A DNA stretch of 64,000 nt from Bacteroidales bacterium (lineage in GTDB: Bacteria > Bacteroidota > Bacteroidia > Bacteroidales > UBA3824): assembly GCA_045597465.1 (NCBI GenBank), contig JAZLKG010000010.1, forward strand, positions 6,749 to 70,748, in the 5' to 3' direction. Shown piece by piece: positions 1 through 9,419 of the stretch (positions are counted from its first letter, which is position 1; the number at the start of each line of letters is the position of its first letter). Position numbers and translations under genes: made by a program. The notes below the pieces were generated by a model. It saw nothing but the letters and a program-made list of their open reading frames with translations. It did no database searches and was not told the DNA's origin.

Positions 1-174
1 CAGATTATTATAGATAATAAAGACCAATTTCATCTAACTCACGTTAAAATGATTTTTGAAAGATTTCTAGCGAAGCAACCAAATAAAACCCACTATTATC
101 ATAATAAATGCAAAAAAAGCGGTGTCTTCTGTGTTATCTGTGCGAAAACTTATGGAAACCAAAATTTTTATTAT

Positions 175-182
175 TACATTTG
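175..182 (+). promoter_or_regulatory. Bacteroidetes-type -7 box (TAcaTTTG)
   Basis: tacatttg lies 41 nt upstream of ATG 223 and matches the TAnnTTTG consensus. Confidence 0.4.
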
Positions 183-222
183 CAGCGCGAAACGCTTGAT
201 ACAAATATTAGAAATACATTAG

Positions 223-1062
223 ATGAAAAACTACGTTCTAAACAACGGCGTGCAGATACCGGCCATCGGCCTGGGCACCTGGCACAACACCGACGAGAAG
301 ACAGTAATAGATACAATACTGAACGCTGTGGAGGTGGGCTACAACCACATAGACACAGCCGCCGTATACGGCAACGAGGCATTCATAGGCAAGGCCCTGA
401 GGCAGAGCGGCGTAGAAAGAGACAAACTATTCATTACCAGCAAGGTATGGCGCACCAAGCGCGGATATCAGAGCACTCTCCACGCCTTCGAGCAGAGCAT
501 CAACGACCTCCAGGTGGATTATCTGGACCTGTACCTGATACACTGGCCCGCATCCCACAACAACTACGACAACTGGGCCGAGATAAACGCCGAGACATGG
601 CATGCCATGGAAGACCTCTACAAGATGGGCAAGATAAGGGCCATCGGCCTCAGCAACTTCTGGAAACACCATATCGACGCCCTGATGCCGATAGCCAACA
701 TAAAACCCATGGTAAACCAGATAGAGCATCACCCGGGATACACACAGAGCGACGTGGTGGATTACTGCAAGCGGAACAACATCCTGGTGGAGGCGTGGAG
801 CCCCCTTGGCCGCGGAATGGTGCTGAACGACCCAACCCTGAAGACCATAGCACAGAAATACGGAGTGTCGGTGGCTCAGGTCTGCGTGCAGTGGTGCCTC
901 AGGGAGGGAATACTTCCTCTGCCCAAATCCACCCGCAAGGAACGCCTTGTAGACAATCTGGACGTGGATGGTTTCGAGCTTTCCGATGCCGACATGGCCA
1001 CCATAAACGCCATGGACCTTGGCAGCAGCTCCGGCAGCTACCCCGACAACCTTAACGAATAG
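223..1062 (+). CDS. Aldo/keto reductase (2,5-diketo-D-gluconate reductase-like)
   Basis: 279-aa ORF with AKR hallmarks: GLGTW, HIDTAAVYGNE, LYLIHWP, GLSNF and a C-terminal PKS segment. Confidence 0.9.
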   Translation: MKNYVLNNGVQIPAIGLGTWHNTDEKTVIDTILNAVEVGYNHIDTAAVYGNEAFIGKALRQSGVERDKLFITSKVWRTKRGYQSTLHAFEQSINDLQVDYLDLYLIHWPASHNNYDNWAEINAETWHAMEDLYKMGKIRAIGLSNFWKHHIDALMPIANIKPMVNQIEHHPGYTQSDVVDYCKRNNILVEAWSPLGRGMVLNDPTLKTIAQKYGVSVAQVCVQWCLREGILPLPKSTRKERLVDNLDVDGFELSDADMATINAMDLGSSSGSYPDNLNE

Positions 1063-1128
1063 TCCCCGTAGAGACGCACGGACGTGCGCCTCAAAAATCA
1101 AAAATCAAAAATCAAAATTGATAACAAT

Positions 1129-1713
1129 ATGAGAAAATTATTTACTATCATCTGCGCGGCCATCATCATGATGGCAGTATCAGCAAGCGCCAACGCACAG
1201 TGCGCGTTCCCCGAGGGCACAGTGGGCATCAATCTCGGCATAGGCCTGGGCACATCAGGATACCACCACTGGGACAGCCACAACCACCACTTGGACGGCA
1301 TCACAGTACCATCGTTCAATTTCGCCCTCGACTACGGATTCCTGCCCAACGTCATCAACAGCAACAGCTGCATCAGTGGCGGCGGATACGCATCGTTTGG
1401 ACGCGGATCGGCAAAGACCAACGACTGGAAAAACATAGCCGGTCAGTGGAAGGTGGGCACACGCGGCGCCCTGCACTACACATGGGTGCGCAACCTGGAT
1501 ACCTACGCCGGTGTGGGCCTGGGTGTAAAGCATGAGAGCGCCCACGGCAAATACCTGCCAGACGGCCACAAGTCTCCCAAGGACAGCAAGACCGATTTCG
1601 ACGGTTTCGGTTTTGGCGGCGCCAGACTTATCATGGGCAACTTTGCCATATATCTGGAGCTGAACACCAGCAACTTCACCTGGGGCCAGGCGGGAATCTC
1701 GTTTGTCCTCTAA
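1129..1713 (+). CDS. Hypothetical secreted / outer-membrane beta-barrel-like protein
   Basis: Internal ATG gives the signal peptide MRKLFTIICAAIIMMAVSASANAQ. Gly/aromatic-rich alternating pattern and a C-terminal aromatic residue. No recognisable family. Confidence 0.55.
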   Translation: MRKLFTIICAAIIMMAVSASANAQCAFPEGTVGINLGIGLGTSGYHHWDSHNHHLDGITVPSFNFALDYGFLPNVINSNSCISGGGYASFGRGSAKTNDWKNIAGQWKVGTRGALHYTWVRNLDTYAGVGLGVKHESAHGKYLPDGHKSPKDSKTDFDGFGFGGARLIMGNFAIYLELNTSNFTWGQAGISFVL

Positions 1714-1717
1714 GGCA

Positions 1718-2182
1718 TCAGAACAGAATGCCGGCGGCCACAAAAAAGCGTCCGCCGCAATCATGGATATGCGCGCATCCGAGGTCCAGAGAGAACCGGA
1801 TGCGCGCTATTTTTGTGGTCTCCACTCCAATGCGCTCCTCGGCATAGAAACCCGAACAGCAGCTGCTGCCGGCAGCATAGCCGCCCATCATCTGCACCAC
1901 GGGCATTACGGCGGCCCGGCGGTCGGTCAGTCCAACCTTTACGGCTGGCGCTATGGGCACCACAAGGCCCGAGTGGCCTTTTATCGGGCTGATGCCTGCG
2001 CCCATGCCAAACGCCAGCCTATTGGTATGGTTGTAGTAATAATGGAAGCTTGCGGCGGCATCAGGGGCATCAGGATACACCAAAACCGAAGCCTTGCCCG
2101 CAAACCATCCATAATCGCTCTGCGACATGGCAGGATGGAACGCCAGCAAGGCTGCTATCACAATAAACACTATTTTTCCCAT
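1718..2182 (-). CDS. Hypothetical secreted small beta-barrel-like protein
   Basis: 154-aa ORF with an N-terminal signal-like segment MGKIVFIVIAALLAFHPAMSQ and a terminal F. The overlapping plus-strand ORF 1703..2224 looks compositionally spurious. Confidence 0.45.
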   Translation of the reverse strand: MGKIVFIVIAALLAFHPAMSQSDYGWFAGKASVLVYPDAPDAAASFHYYYNHTNRLAFGMGAGISPIKGHSGLVVPIAPAVKVGLTDRRAAVMPVVQMMGGYAAGSSCCSGFYAEERIGVETTKIARIRFSLDLGCAHIHDCGGRFFVAAGILF

Positions 2183-2198
2183 AGGAAGAGGATATTCA

Positions 2199-2645
2199 TT
2201 ATTTCTTTACCACTGTGCCATTGAACTTGAGCTCAAACACATTGTTGGGCGCATCGAGAGAGAGGTATACTGTCACCGACTTGCTGAACGCGCCGGCCTC
2301 CTTGGCATCAAACACTGTGGAGATCTTGCCGGTCTTGCCGGGAAGTATAGGAGCCTTCTCATAGGTGAGCTTGGTGCATCCGCACGATGCCTCGGCGTTG
2401 GTGATGAATACGGGCTTGTCGCCGGTGTTGGTGAAGGTAAACTCCACAGTCTTGGGATCGTTCTGTGGAATGTCGCCAAACTCGTACTCGGTCATGTTCC
2501 ACTGCACTGTGGCGGCCTTGTTGGTGGAGAGCTCAGCCTTCTGGTTGCTGTTGCCGCTGCCGAAAAGGTCGGTCCACTGAGCCGAGGCGCTGGCTGATAT
2601 CATCATCATGATGGCAAATGCTGCCATAAAAAACAAGTTCTTCAT
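2199..2645 (-). CDS. DUF1573 domain protein
   Basis: Start moved to MKNLFFMAAFAIMMMISASASAQ (signal peptide). The FGDI...F.F.N.G..P..I....ASCGCT pattern is typical of DUF1573. Confidence 0.8.
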   Translation of the reverse strand: MKNLFFMAAFAIMMMISASASAQWTDLFGSGNSNQKAELSTNKAATVQWNMTEYEFGDIPQNDPKTVEFTFTNTGDKPVFITNAEASCGCTKLTYEKAPILPGKTGKISTVFDAKEAGAFSKSVTVYLSLDAPNNVFELKFNGTVVKK

Positions 2646-2796
2646 ATCAATAAATATTTTCGGGTTTGTAATTATTAAATCTGTTTCACCAATATAGACG
2701 GATTTTGATGCAAAAAGTGTATTTTTAATTTTATAAAAAAAGTTAAATCCCATATTCCGCACTTTATCTCCACGCACTGGCTTTATAATATTTTTG

Positions 2797-2804
2797 TAAC
2801 TTTG
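2797..2804 (+). promoter_or_regulatory. -7 box TAacTTTG
   Basis: 28 nt upstream of ATG 2832. Confidence 0.4.
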
Positions 2805-2831
2805 CACCATCATACAAAATATAAAAACACA

Positions 2832-4364
2832 ATGAGAAATCCAGTATTCAAAAACATTGCCATTGCGGCGGCATCCCTGATGCTTGCCTCATGTGGCGGT
2901 GCCTCGCAGGAGATGCAGGCATCAGAAACAGCAGCATCAGCCAGCGGTAAAACACCAAAATACATATTCTACTTTGTGGGCGACGGTATGAGTCAGCCTC
3001 AGATCTCGATGGCCGAGAAAGCCATCTGCGACGACGGATTCCGCAATCAGTTCAGTACCGAAACCTGCGACTACTACGACCTGCCTGCCGACAACAAGCT
3101 GAACCTCCGCAAGTTTACAACCCTAGGCATGGCCACCACCAACGCCGAAAACCGTTTCATAACATGCTCGGCAGCAGCTGCCACAGCCCTGGCCACCGGA
3201 CACAAGACCACCATAAACACCATATCGATGAACGGCGACCGCACCCAGAATCTGGAATCGGTGGCCGAGAAAGCCCACAAGGCCGGCATGAAGGTGGGCA
3301 TAGTATCATCAGTGAGCATCGACCACGCCACACCGGCCTGTTTCTACGCCCACACCGAAGACCGCGAAAACTACGAGACCATAGGCAAATGGCTGCTGAA
3401 GAGCGGTTTCGACTATTTTGGCGGAGGCTTCGTGAAATGGGGCACCTACAAGGAAACCACGCTGGAGCAGTATCTGGATTCGCTGGAGGCCAACGGATAC
3501 ACAGTGGCAAAGGGCGTAAAGGATTTTGAGGCCCTGAAGCCGGGTTGCGGAAAGGCCATAGCATCAGTAAGCAAAAACTTCAGCGAGTGCCATGACGGCA
3601 ACAGCCTGCCATACAACATCGACCTGAACGAGCAGACCGACGACAACGACCGCATTCCCCTCTGCGACTTTGTGGAGAAGGGCATAGAGCTGCTCTACAA
3701 CGACGACAAGGGTTTCTTCCTGTTCTGCGAGGGCGGCAAGATAGACTGGACCGACCACGCCAACGACGCCGTATCAAACGTATACGAGACCATAGCCCTG
3801 GACCAGGCAATAGCCGTGGCCCTGAGATTCTACAACGAGCACCCCGACGAGACCTTGATTGTATTTACCGGCGACCACGAGTGCGGCGGCCTTACTCTCG
3901 GCTTTGCAGGCACTCACTACGAATCGGCTTTCGAGCTGATGAAAAACCAGAAAAGATCATTCGAGGAGTTTGGCGCCTACATGCGCGAGTTTGTGAAGGG
4001 AAACAGCTTTGAGGCAGTGCTTCAGGAACTTAAGGACAACTTCGGCCTTGGCAACGACGGACCTCTGGCCCTATCGCCATACGAGACCAAGCGCTTGAAG
4101 GAGGCTTATCAGACCTCGCGCGAGGGAGCACAGGCCAGCATTTCCAAAGAGGAGAGATCGCTATTCTACGGCGGATACGAGCCAGTAACCGTGACCGCCA
4201 CCACCATACTCGACAACAAATGCGGCGTGGAGTGGGCCAGCTTCTCCCACACAGCCCTGCCAGTGCCTGTATACGCCATAGGATGCGGCAGCCAGCTGCT
4301 GGAGGGATATTTCGACAACACCGACATCCCCAAAACAATAATGAAGCTGAAGGGCTGGAAATAA
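2832..4364 (+). CDS. Alkaline phosphatase (PhoA family) lipoprotein
   Basis: Lipobox LMLASCGG. Motifs VGDGMS, CSAAAATALATGHKT (nucleophile region), DHATPA and GDHECGG. Confidence 0.9.
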   Translation: MRNPVFKNIAIAAASLMLASCGGASQEMQASETAASASGKTPKYIFYFVGDGMSQPQISMAEKAICDDGFRNQFSTETCDYYDLPADNKLNLRKFTTLGMATTNAENRFITCSAAAATALATGHKTTINTISMNGDRTQNLESVAEKAHKAGMKVGIVSSVSIDHATPACFYAHTEDRENYETIGKWLLKSGFDYFGGGFVKWGTYKETTLEQYLDSLEANGYTVAKGVKDFEALKPGCGKAIASVSKNFSECHDGNSLPYNIDLNEQTDDNDRIPLCDFVEKGIELLYNDDKGFFLFCEGGKIDWTDHANDAVSNVYETIALDQAIAVALRFYNEHPDETLIVFTGDHECGGLTLGFAGTHYESAFELMKNQKRSFEEFGAYMREFVKGNSFEAVLQELKDNFGLGNDGPLALSPYETKRLKEAYQTSREGAQASISKEERSLFYGGYEPVTVTATTILDNKCGVEWASFSHTALPVPVYAIGCGSQLLEGYFDNTDIPKTIMKLKGWK

Positions 4365-4370
4365 TCTGAC

Positions 4371-5507
4371 ATGAAATTTGGAAACATCAGCCGCAGAAAC
4401 CTGATATTTGTGGCGGTATCGTGCGTGCTGATACTTGCCATGGCCCTGATGCCCACCGGCTACGAAAACCCGTCGCTCACCGAGGACACCTTCTATCAGA
4501 AGGCCGAGGTGCTGGAGGTGGACAACAGCGGGCTTCAGACAATATCGGTGGTTACCATTGGCAACCAGAAACTTAAGATAAAAATACTGGGCGGACAGTT
4601 CGACGGCAACGTTCTCCAGGCCGAGAACGTACTTAACGGACACAAAAACATCGACAAGATATTCGCGCCCGGCGATATGGCCCTGACGGTGATAAAGACC
4701 GACCACGCCCACGACAAGATCCTGAGCATCAGGGCTCAAGACCATTACCGGAGCGGCATAGAGCTGATACTGGCGGCAGTGTTTGTAATAGCGCTGCTGG
4801 CTTTTGCAGGCTTTACGGGCGTAAAGGCCATAGTGTCGTTTGTGTTTACGGCGCTGTGCTTCTGGAAGGTGCTGCTGCCGCTGCTGCTGGACGGCTGGGC
4901 TCCCGTGCCGCTGGGTTTGGGAGTATCGTTCGCCACCGCCGCCGTGGTGATACTGCTGGTATCGGGAGTGGGCCGGAAAGGCATTACCGCACTATCGGGC
5001 TGTTTATGCGGAGTGGCGTTTACAGCCGTGGTGGCCACCATCAGCAGCCACTGGTTCAAGATTCCCGGCACAGTGCAGGACTACAGCGAGGCGCTGATAT
5101 ACAGCGGTTTCCAGCTCGACCTCTCGGGAATATTCCTGGCGGCGGTGTTCATATCGGCCAGCGGCGCACTTATGGACGTATCCACCGACATAGCAGCCAG
5201 CATCGACGAGCTGCACAGCCGCATGCCCGGTCTATCGGCCCGCGAGCTCATGAAATCGGGGTTCAAGATAGCGCGCCCCGTGATAGGCTCCACCACCACT
5301 ACCCTATTGTTCGCATATTCAGGCGGTTTCATATTCGCTTTCATGGCGTTCATGAGCAAGGGAATGCCTTTCGAATACATCGTAAACACGCCATTTATCT
5401 CCGCCGAGATACTCCACACCATAGTAGGCAGCCTGGGCCTGGTGCTAACAGCTCCAATAACGGCTGTGGTTGGAGGGCTGATATATGGCAATATGGAACA
5501 CAGATGA
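4371..5507 (+). CDS. YibE/F-like polytopic membrane protein
   Basis: 378 aa. One N-terminal TM segment, a soluble loop, then about 7 TM helices. The architecture resembles the YibE/F family. Lies 6 nt after the phosphatase gene. Confidence 0.55.
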   Translation: MKFGNISRRNLIFVAVSCVLILAMALMPTGYENPSLTEDTFYQKAEVLEVDNSGLQTISVVTIGNQKLKIKILGGQFDGNVLQAENVLNGHKNIDKIFAPGDMALTVIKTDHAHDKILSIRAQDHYRSGIELILAAVFVIALLAFAGFTGVKAIVSFVFTALCFWKVLLPLLLDGWAPVPLGLGVSFATAAVVILLVSGVGRKGITALSGCLCGVAFTAVVATISSHWFKIPGTVQDYSEALIYSGFQLDLSGIFLAAVFISASGALMDVSTDIAASIDELHSRMPGLSARELMKSGFKIARPVIGSTTTTLLFAYSGGFIFAFMAFMSKGMPFEYIVNTPFISAEILHTIVGSLGLVLTAPITAVVGGLIYGNMEHR

Positions 5508-5620
5508 CACTGATTGAGCGGATTTTCGCAGATTTTTATTGATTTATTATTGATCAATTATTGATTAATAATAAAAAAATCCGCGTAAATCCCTAAAAAT
5601 CCGCGTAATCCGCGTCCCAT

Positions 5621-5660
5621 CCAAAATCAAAAATCCAAAATCAAAAATCAAAAATCAAAA
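5621..5660 (+). repeat. Tandem heptamer tract (TCAAAAA-like, 6 units) abutting a start codon
   Basis: ccaaaa tcaaaaa tccaaaa tcaaaaa tcaaaaa tcaaaaa followed directly by ATG 5661. Confidence 0.8.
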
Positions 5661-6896
5661 ATGACAAAATTACGACTCTTATATTTTCTGCAATTTGCGG
5701 CGTGGGGAGCGTATCTTCCCAGTATAGGCAGGTTTCTATCAAGCCACATGCTGGCCGGAAGCATCGGCCTGTTTTTCAGCAGCATAGGATTGGTGTCGCT
5801 GATAATGCCGGCGCTTATGGGCATGGTGGCCGATAGGTGGATTCAGGCACAGAGGCTCTACGGCATCTGTCAGATAATCTGCGCCATAGCCATGGCATCG
5901 TTGGGATTGTACACCGAAACTTTTGGAGGAGGAGACACGGCAAAGATATATTTTCTTTACCTGACAGCCATAATGTTCTACATGCCGTCGCTATCGCTTT
6001 GCAATTCTGTATCCTACAATGCGTTGGAGAAATCGGGAATGGATCCGATAGCCACTTTCCCAAAGATAAGGCCACTGGGCACGGTGGGTTTTGTGGCCAG
6101 CATGTGGATTGTGGATCTGCTTGGATATCAGACATCAGGAATGCAGTTTTTGCTGAGCGGACTGATAAGCCTCTCAGCCGGATTGTATGGACTATCGATG
6201 CCCAGGTGCGAGATTTCCCCAAATACCGACAACAGGACTTTTGCCGAGCGCCTGGGACTTAAGGCGCTAAGTCTCTTCAAAAGAAGGGAGATGGCGGTGT
6301 TCTTCATCTTTGCCGCGCTCATGGGTGTATGCACCAAGATAAGCGACGGATTTGCAAATACTTACGTATCCAGCTTTGGCGCCATGGAGGAATTTGCCGA
6401 CACATTCGGAGTAAGGCACGCCAACATCCTGATATCGCTGTCGCAGATATCAGAGGCCGTATGCATATTGCTGATACCCATAGCATTCAGGAAATTCGGA
6501 TTCAAGAACGTGGTAATAATAGCCATGGTGGCTTGGGGGCTGAGGTTTGCGCTCTTCGGCTTTGGCGATCCGGGCAGCGGTGTCTGGATGCTGATACTCA
6601 GCTGCCTGATATACGGCGTGGCGTTCAATTTCTTCAGCATATCGGGCTCGCTCTTCGTCAACAAGGAATGTGAGCCGGGAATCAGGTCGTCGGCTCAGGG
6701 CCTATATATGATGATGAGCAGCGGAATAGGCTCCATTTTCGGAATGATGGGCGCTCAGGCCGTTGTGAGCCATTTCGTGAACCTTCAGGAGACTCCATTG
6801 GAGGCATGGGAAGGCTGGCAGACATCGTGGCTGATATTTGCCGCCTACGCGCTGGCGGTAGGTTTGCTTTTTGCGCTGATATTCCGCAAAAAATAG
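5661..6896 (+). CDS. nupG: MFS nucleoside:H+ symporter (NupG/XapB family)
   Basis: Collinear with E. coli NupG as recalled: FLQF..WG, MPAL.G.VADRW, SQISE, VAWGLRFALFGFGDP, FNFF.ISGS.FV, SAQG..MM. Confidence 0.8.
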   Translation: MTKLRLLYFLQFAAWGAYLPSIGRFLSSHMLAGSIGLFFSSIGLVSLIMPALMGMVADRWIQAQRLYGICQIICAIAMASLGLYTETFGGGDTAKIYFLYLTAIMFYMPSLSLCNSVSYNALEKSGMDPIATFPKIRPLGTVGFVASMWIVDLLGYQTSGMQFLLSGLISLSAGLYGLSMPRCEISPNTDNRTFAERLGLKALSLFKRREMAVFFIFAALMGVCTKISDGFANTYVSSFGAMEEFADTFGVRHANILISLSQISEAVCILLIPIAFRKFGFKNVVIIAMVAWGLRFALFGFGDPGSGVWMLILSCLIYGVAFNFFSISGSLFVNKECEPGIRSSAQGLYMMMSSGIGSIFGMMGAQAVVSHFVNLQETPLEAWEGWQTSWLIFAAYALAVGLLFALIFRKK

Positions 6897-6900
6897 AGGC

Positions 6901-6997
6901 TATTCCGCCAAAAGTATGTAATTTTGATAGGTTTTGGCGGAATATCACCCCCTATATTCCGCCAAAAGTATGTAAATTTGATAGGTTTTGGCGGAAA
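6901..6997. repeat. Two tandem copies of a 44-nt hairpin module
   Basis: tattccgccaaaagtatgtaattttgataggttttggcggaata at 6901-6944 and a near-identical copy at 6954-6997. Each has a 13-bp perfect stem and an 18-nt loop. Confidence 0.9.
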
Positions 6998-7034
6998 ATG
7001 CGGTAAAAAATTTCGTTTTTAGAGAAATTAATAA

Positions 7035-7042
7035 TATCTTTG
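7035..7042 (+). promoter_or_regulatory. -7 box TAtcTTTG
   Basis: 24 nt upstream of ATG 7066. Confidence 0.45.
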
Positions 7043-7065
7043 CACCATACCAAACACCCAACACC

Positions 7066-8517
7066 ATGGAAAGAATCATAATAGGCAGAGAAAAGGAAAT
7101 AGCTGAGATAGAAGAGCTTTACGAAAGCAGAAACGCCGAATTGCTTGCTGTATACGGCAGAAGACGCGTAGGAAAAACATTTCTGATAAAGCAGACGCTT
7201 CAGGACAGGTTTACATTCTACCACGCCGGACTATCGCCACTGGACGACGAAAACCACAAGACTTCCACCAAAGACCAGATACAGGCGTTCTACTATTCGA
7301 TGCTGAGGGCAGGTCTGGACGAAGGCAAAAGCCCAGAATCGTGGCTGGAGGCTTTCTACATGCTGGAAACACTGCTGGAGGAACTCGACAACGGCAAGCG
7401 TCAGGTACTTTTCATAGACGAGCTTCCATGGATGGACACCCCAAAATCAGGTTTCCTAAAAGCATTCGAATCTTTCTGGAACGGATGGGCCAACGGCAGA
7501 AACATCCTAATGGTGATATGCGGAAGCGCCACATCGTGGATGCTAAACAACATCATAAACAGCCACGGAGGACTCTACAACCGTGTAACGAGAGAGATAC
7601 ACCTGTCGCCGTTTACACTTAAGGAGGCCGGCGAATTCCTGAAAAGCAAGGACATAATGCTGAGCGACTACGACGTGGCCGAGGCATATATGATACTGGG
7701 CGGCATTCCATATTACCTCAACTATTTCAGCAAAGGCATCAGCCTGGCACAAAACATCGACCAGCTGCTGTTTGCAAAGAGGGCAAAACTGGGCAACGAG
7801 TTCTACAGGCTGTTCCAATCGCTGTTTGCCAAACCCGAGGAATACAAAAACGTAATAAGGAAGCTAAGCGAAAACAAGCAGGGACTATCAAGAACCGAAC
7901 TGGCCAAAGCAATAGGCAAAACAAGCGGAGGCGCTTTCAGCGAAATGCTCAACACATTGGAAAGCAGTGAGTTTATCACCCACTACATCCCCCTGGGAAA
8001 CAACAACAACGAATGTCTCTACAAGCTTACCGACCCATTTTGCAGATTCTACCTGAGATTTGTGGAAGGCAACACCTCCGGCGACCACAACTTCTGGTAC
8101 AACAGCCGCAATCTTGGCTCTGTAAACGCCTGGAGGGGACTATCGTTCGAGGATTTGTGTTTCAGCCACATCGACCAGATAAAGGACGCCCTCAAGATAG
8201 GCGGCGTATTATCGCACGAATCGGCAATGCTGCTGAGGGGAAACAGCGAACAATCGGGATCGCAGATGGACATGGTGATAAAGAGAAACGACCACATCAT
8301 AAACCTATGCGAGATAAAGTTTACCCTGAAGCCATTCGAGATAGACAACGAATACGCCGAAAAGCTTCAGGAGCGGATAGACAATGTAAGGGAACTGATA
8401 AACGACCCCAACGCCGAAATCCACCTCACATTCATAACCAGCAACGGCGTAAAGAAAAACCAATACAGCGGAATGGTTCAGAAAGAGGTTAGACTGGCTG
8501 ACATGATGAGAAATTAG
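7066..8517 (+). CDS. ATP-binding protein (archaeal-type AAA ATPase with DUF234-like C-terminus)
   Basis: Start at MERIIIGREKEI. Walker A YGRRRVGKTFL and Walker B VLFIDELPWM. The C-terminal part looks like a winged-helix/nuclease-like region. Confidence 0.75.
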   Translation: MERIIIGREKEIAEIEELYESRNAELLAVYGRRRVGKTFLIKQTLQDRFTFYHAGLSPLDDENHKTSTKDQIQAFYYSMLRAGLDEGKSPESWLEAFYMLETLLEELDNGKRQVLFIDELPWMDTPKSGFLKAFESFWNGWANGRNILMVICGSATSWMLNNIINSHGGLYNRVTREIHLSPFTLKEAGEFLKSKDIMLSDYDVAEAYMILGGIPYYLNYFSKGISLAQNIDQLLFAKRAKLGNEFYRLFQSLFAKPEEYKNVIRKLSENKQGLSRTELAKAIGKTSGGAFSEMLNTLESSEFITHYIPLGNNNNECLYKLTDPFCRFYLRFVEGNTSGDHNFWYNSRNLGSVNAWRGLSFEDLCFSHIDQIKDALKIGGVLSHESAMLLRGNSEQSGSQMDMVIKRNDHIINLCEIKFTLKPFEIDNEYAEKLQERIDNVRELINDPNAEIHLTFITSNGVKKNQYSGMVQKEVRLADMMRN

Positions 8518-8582
8518 CCAGTGAAACAGAACAAAGAAAATTAATAATCAATAATTAATAATTAAAAATCAAAAAAACAAAA

Positions 8583-9419
8583 ATGAAGAAATTCTTAGCA
8601 ATGGCCCTCGCGGCCGGCACACTTGCAGCGTGCAACCCACAATCATCAAGCAAACAGGCAGCATCAGAGGAGGCAGCATCAGCTCCCAAGGCCCTGATAC
8701 TCTGCTACTCTCAGACCGGAACCACCAAGACCGTGGCCGAGGAGATTCAGAAACAGACCGGCGCCGACCTCGAGTACATAGAGTGCGCTGAGGCTTACGA
8801 CGGCGATTTCGGCGCCACTATACAGCGCTGGCAGCAGGAGATGAAGGACGGCAAGCTTCCCGAGATAAAGGAGGTGAAGGCCAACGTAGCCAACTACGAC
8901 GTGATTTTCCTCGGATATCCAATCTGGGGCGGATCGTACGCATCGCCAGTGGCCAGCTACCTGAAGAATCAGACATTCGAGGGCAAGAAGGTGGTGCCTT
9001 TCATGACATTCGGCAGCGGCGGCAACACAAGCATCAGCAACCTGAAGGCCGCTCTCCCAAAGGCTGAGATAGCCAAGTATTTCGGAATCCGCACAGCAAG
9101 AATCGCTGCCGCTCCAGCTGAGATCAAACGCTTCCTCATAGAGCAGGGCTACGTGAAGGGCGAGATGGCTCCTATCCCAGCCTACTCTGACATGCAGGCA
9201 GTTACCGAGGCTGAGACCGCCATCTTCAACGAGGCTTGCTCAGATTACCAGTTCCCTCTCGGCACACCTGCTGAGTTCGGAATGCGCAAGACCGAGACCT
9301 CTACAGACTACGTTTTCAAGGCAAAATCTCAGAATCCCGACGGCAGCGAGGCCTCATCAACAATCTACGTGACAGTAGCCAACGGAGCCAAGGCAGAATT
9401 CACAGAGGTGGTAAGATAA
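8583..9419 (+). CDS. Flavodoxin-like (Flavodoxin_4-type) lipoprotein with extra C-terminal domain
   Basis: Lipobox LAACN. LILCYSQTGTTKTVAEEI, YDVIFLGYPIWGG and PFMTFGSGG fit a flavodoxin fold. Confidence 0.7.
   Translation: MKKFLAMALAAGTLAACNPQSSSKQAASEEAASAPKALILCYSQTGTTKTVAEEIQKQTGADLEYIECAEAYDGDFGATIQRWQQEMKDGKLPEIKEVKANVANYDVIFLGYPIWGGSYASPVASYLKNQTFEGKKVVPFMTFGSGGNTSISNLKAALPKAEIAKYFGIRTARIAAAPAEIKRFLIEQGYVKGEMAPIPAYSDMQAVTEAETAIFNEACSDYQFPLGTPAEFGMRKTETSTDYVFKAKSQNPDGSEASSTIYVTVANGAKAEFTEVVR

Noticed and set aside
6901-6997. Possible CRISPR array (also considered for 29387-29490)
   Set aside because: Only two repeat units occur per locus. The supposed spacer is a few nt long, the units are themselves palindromic hairpins, and no cas genes are in the window.
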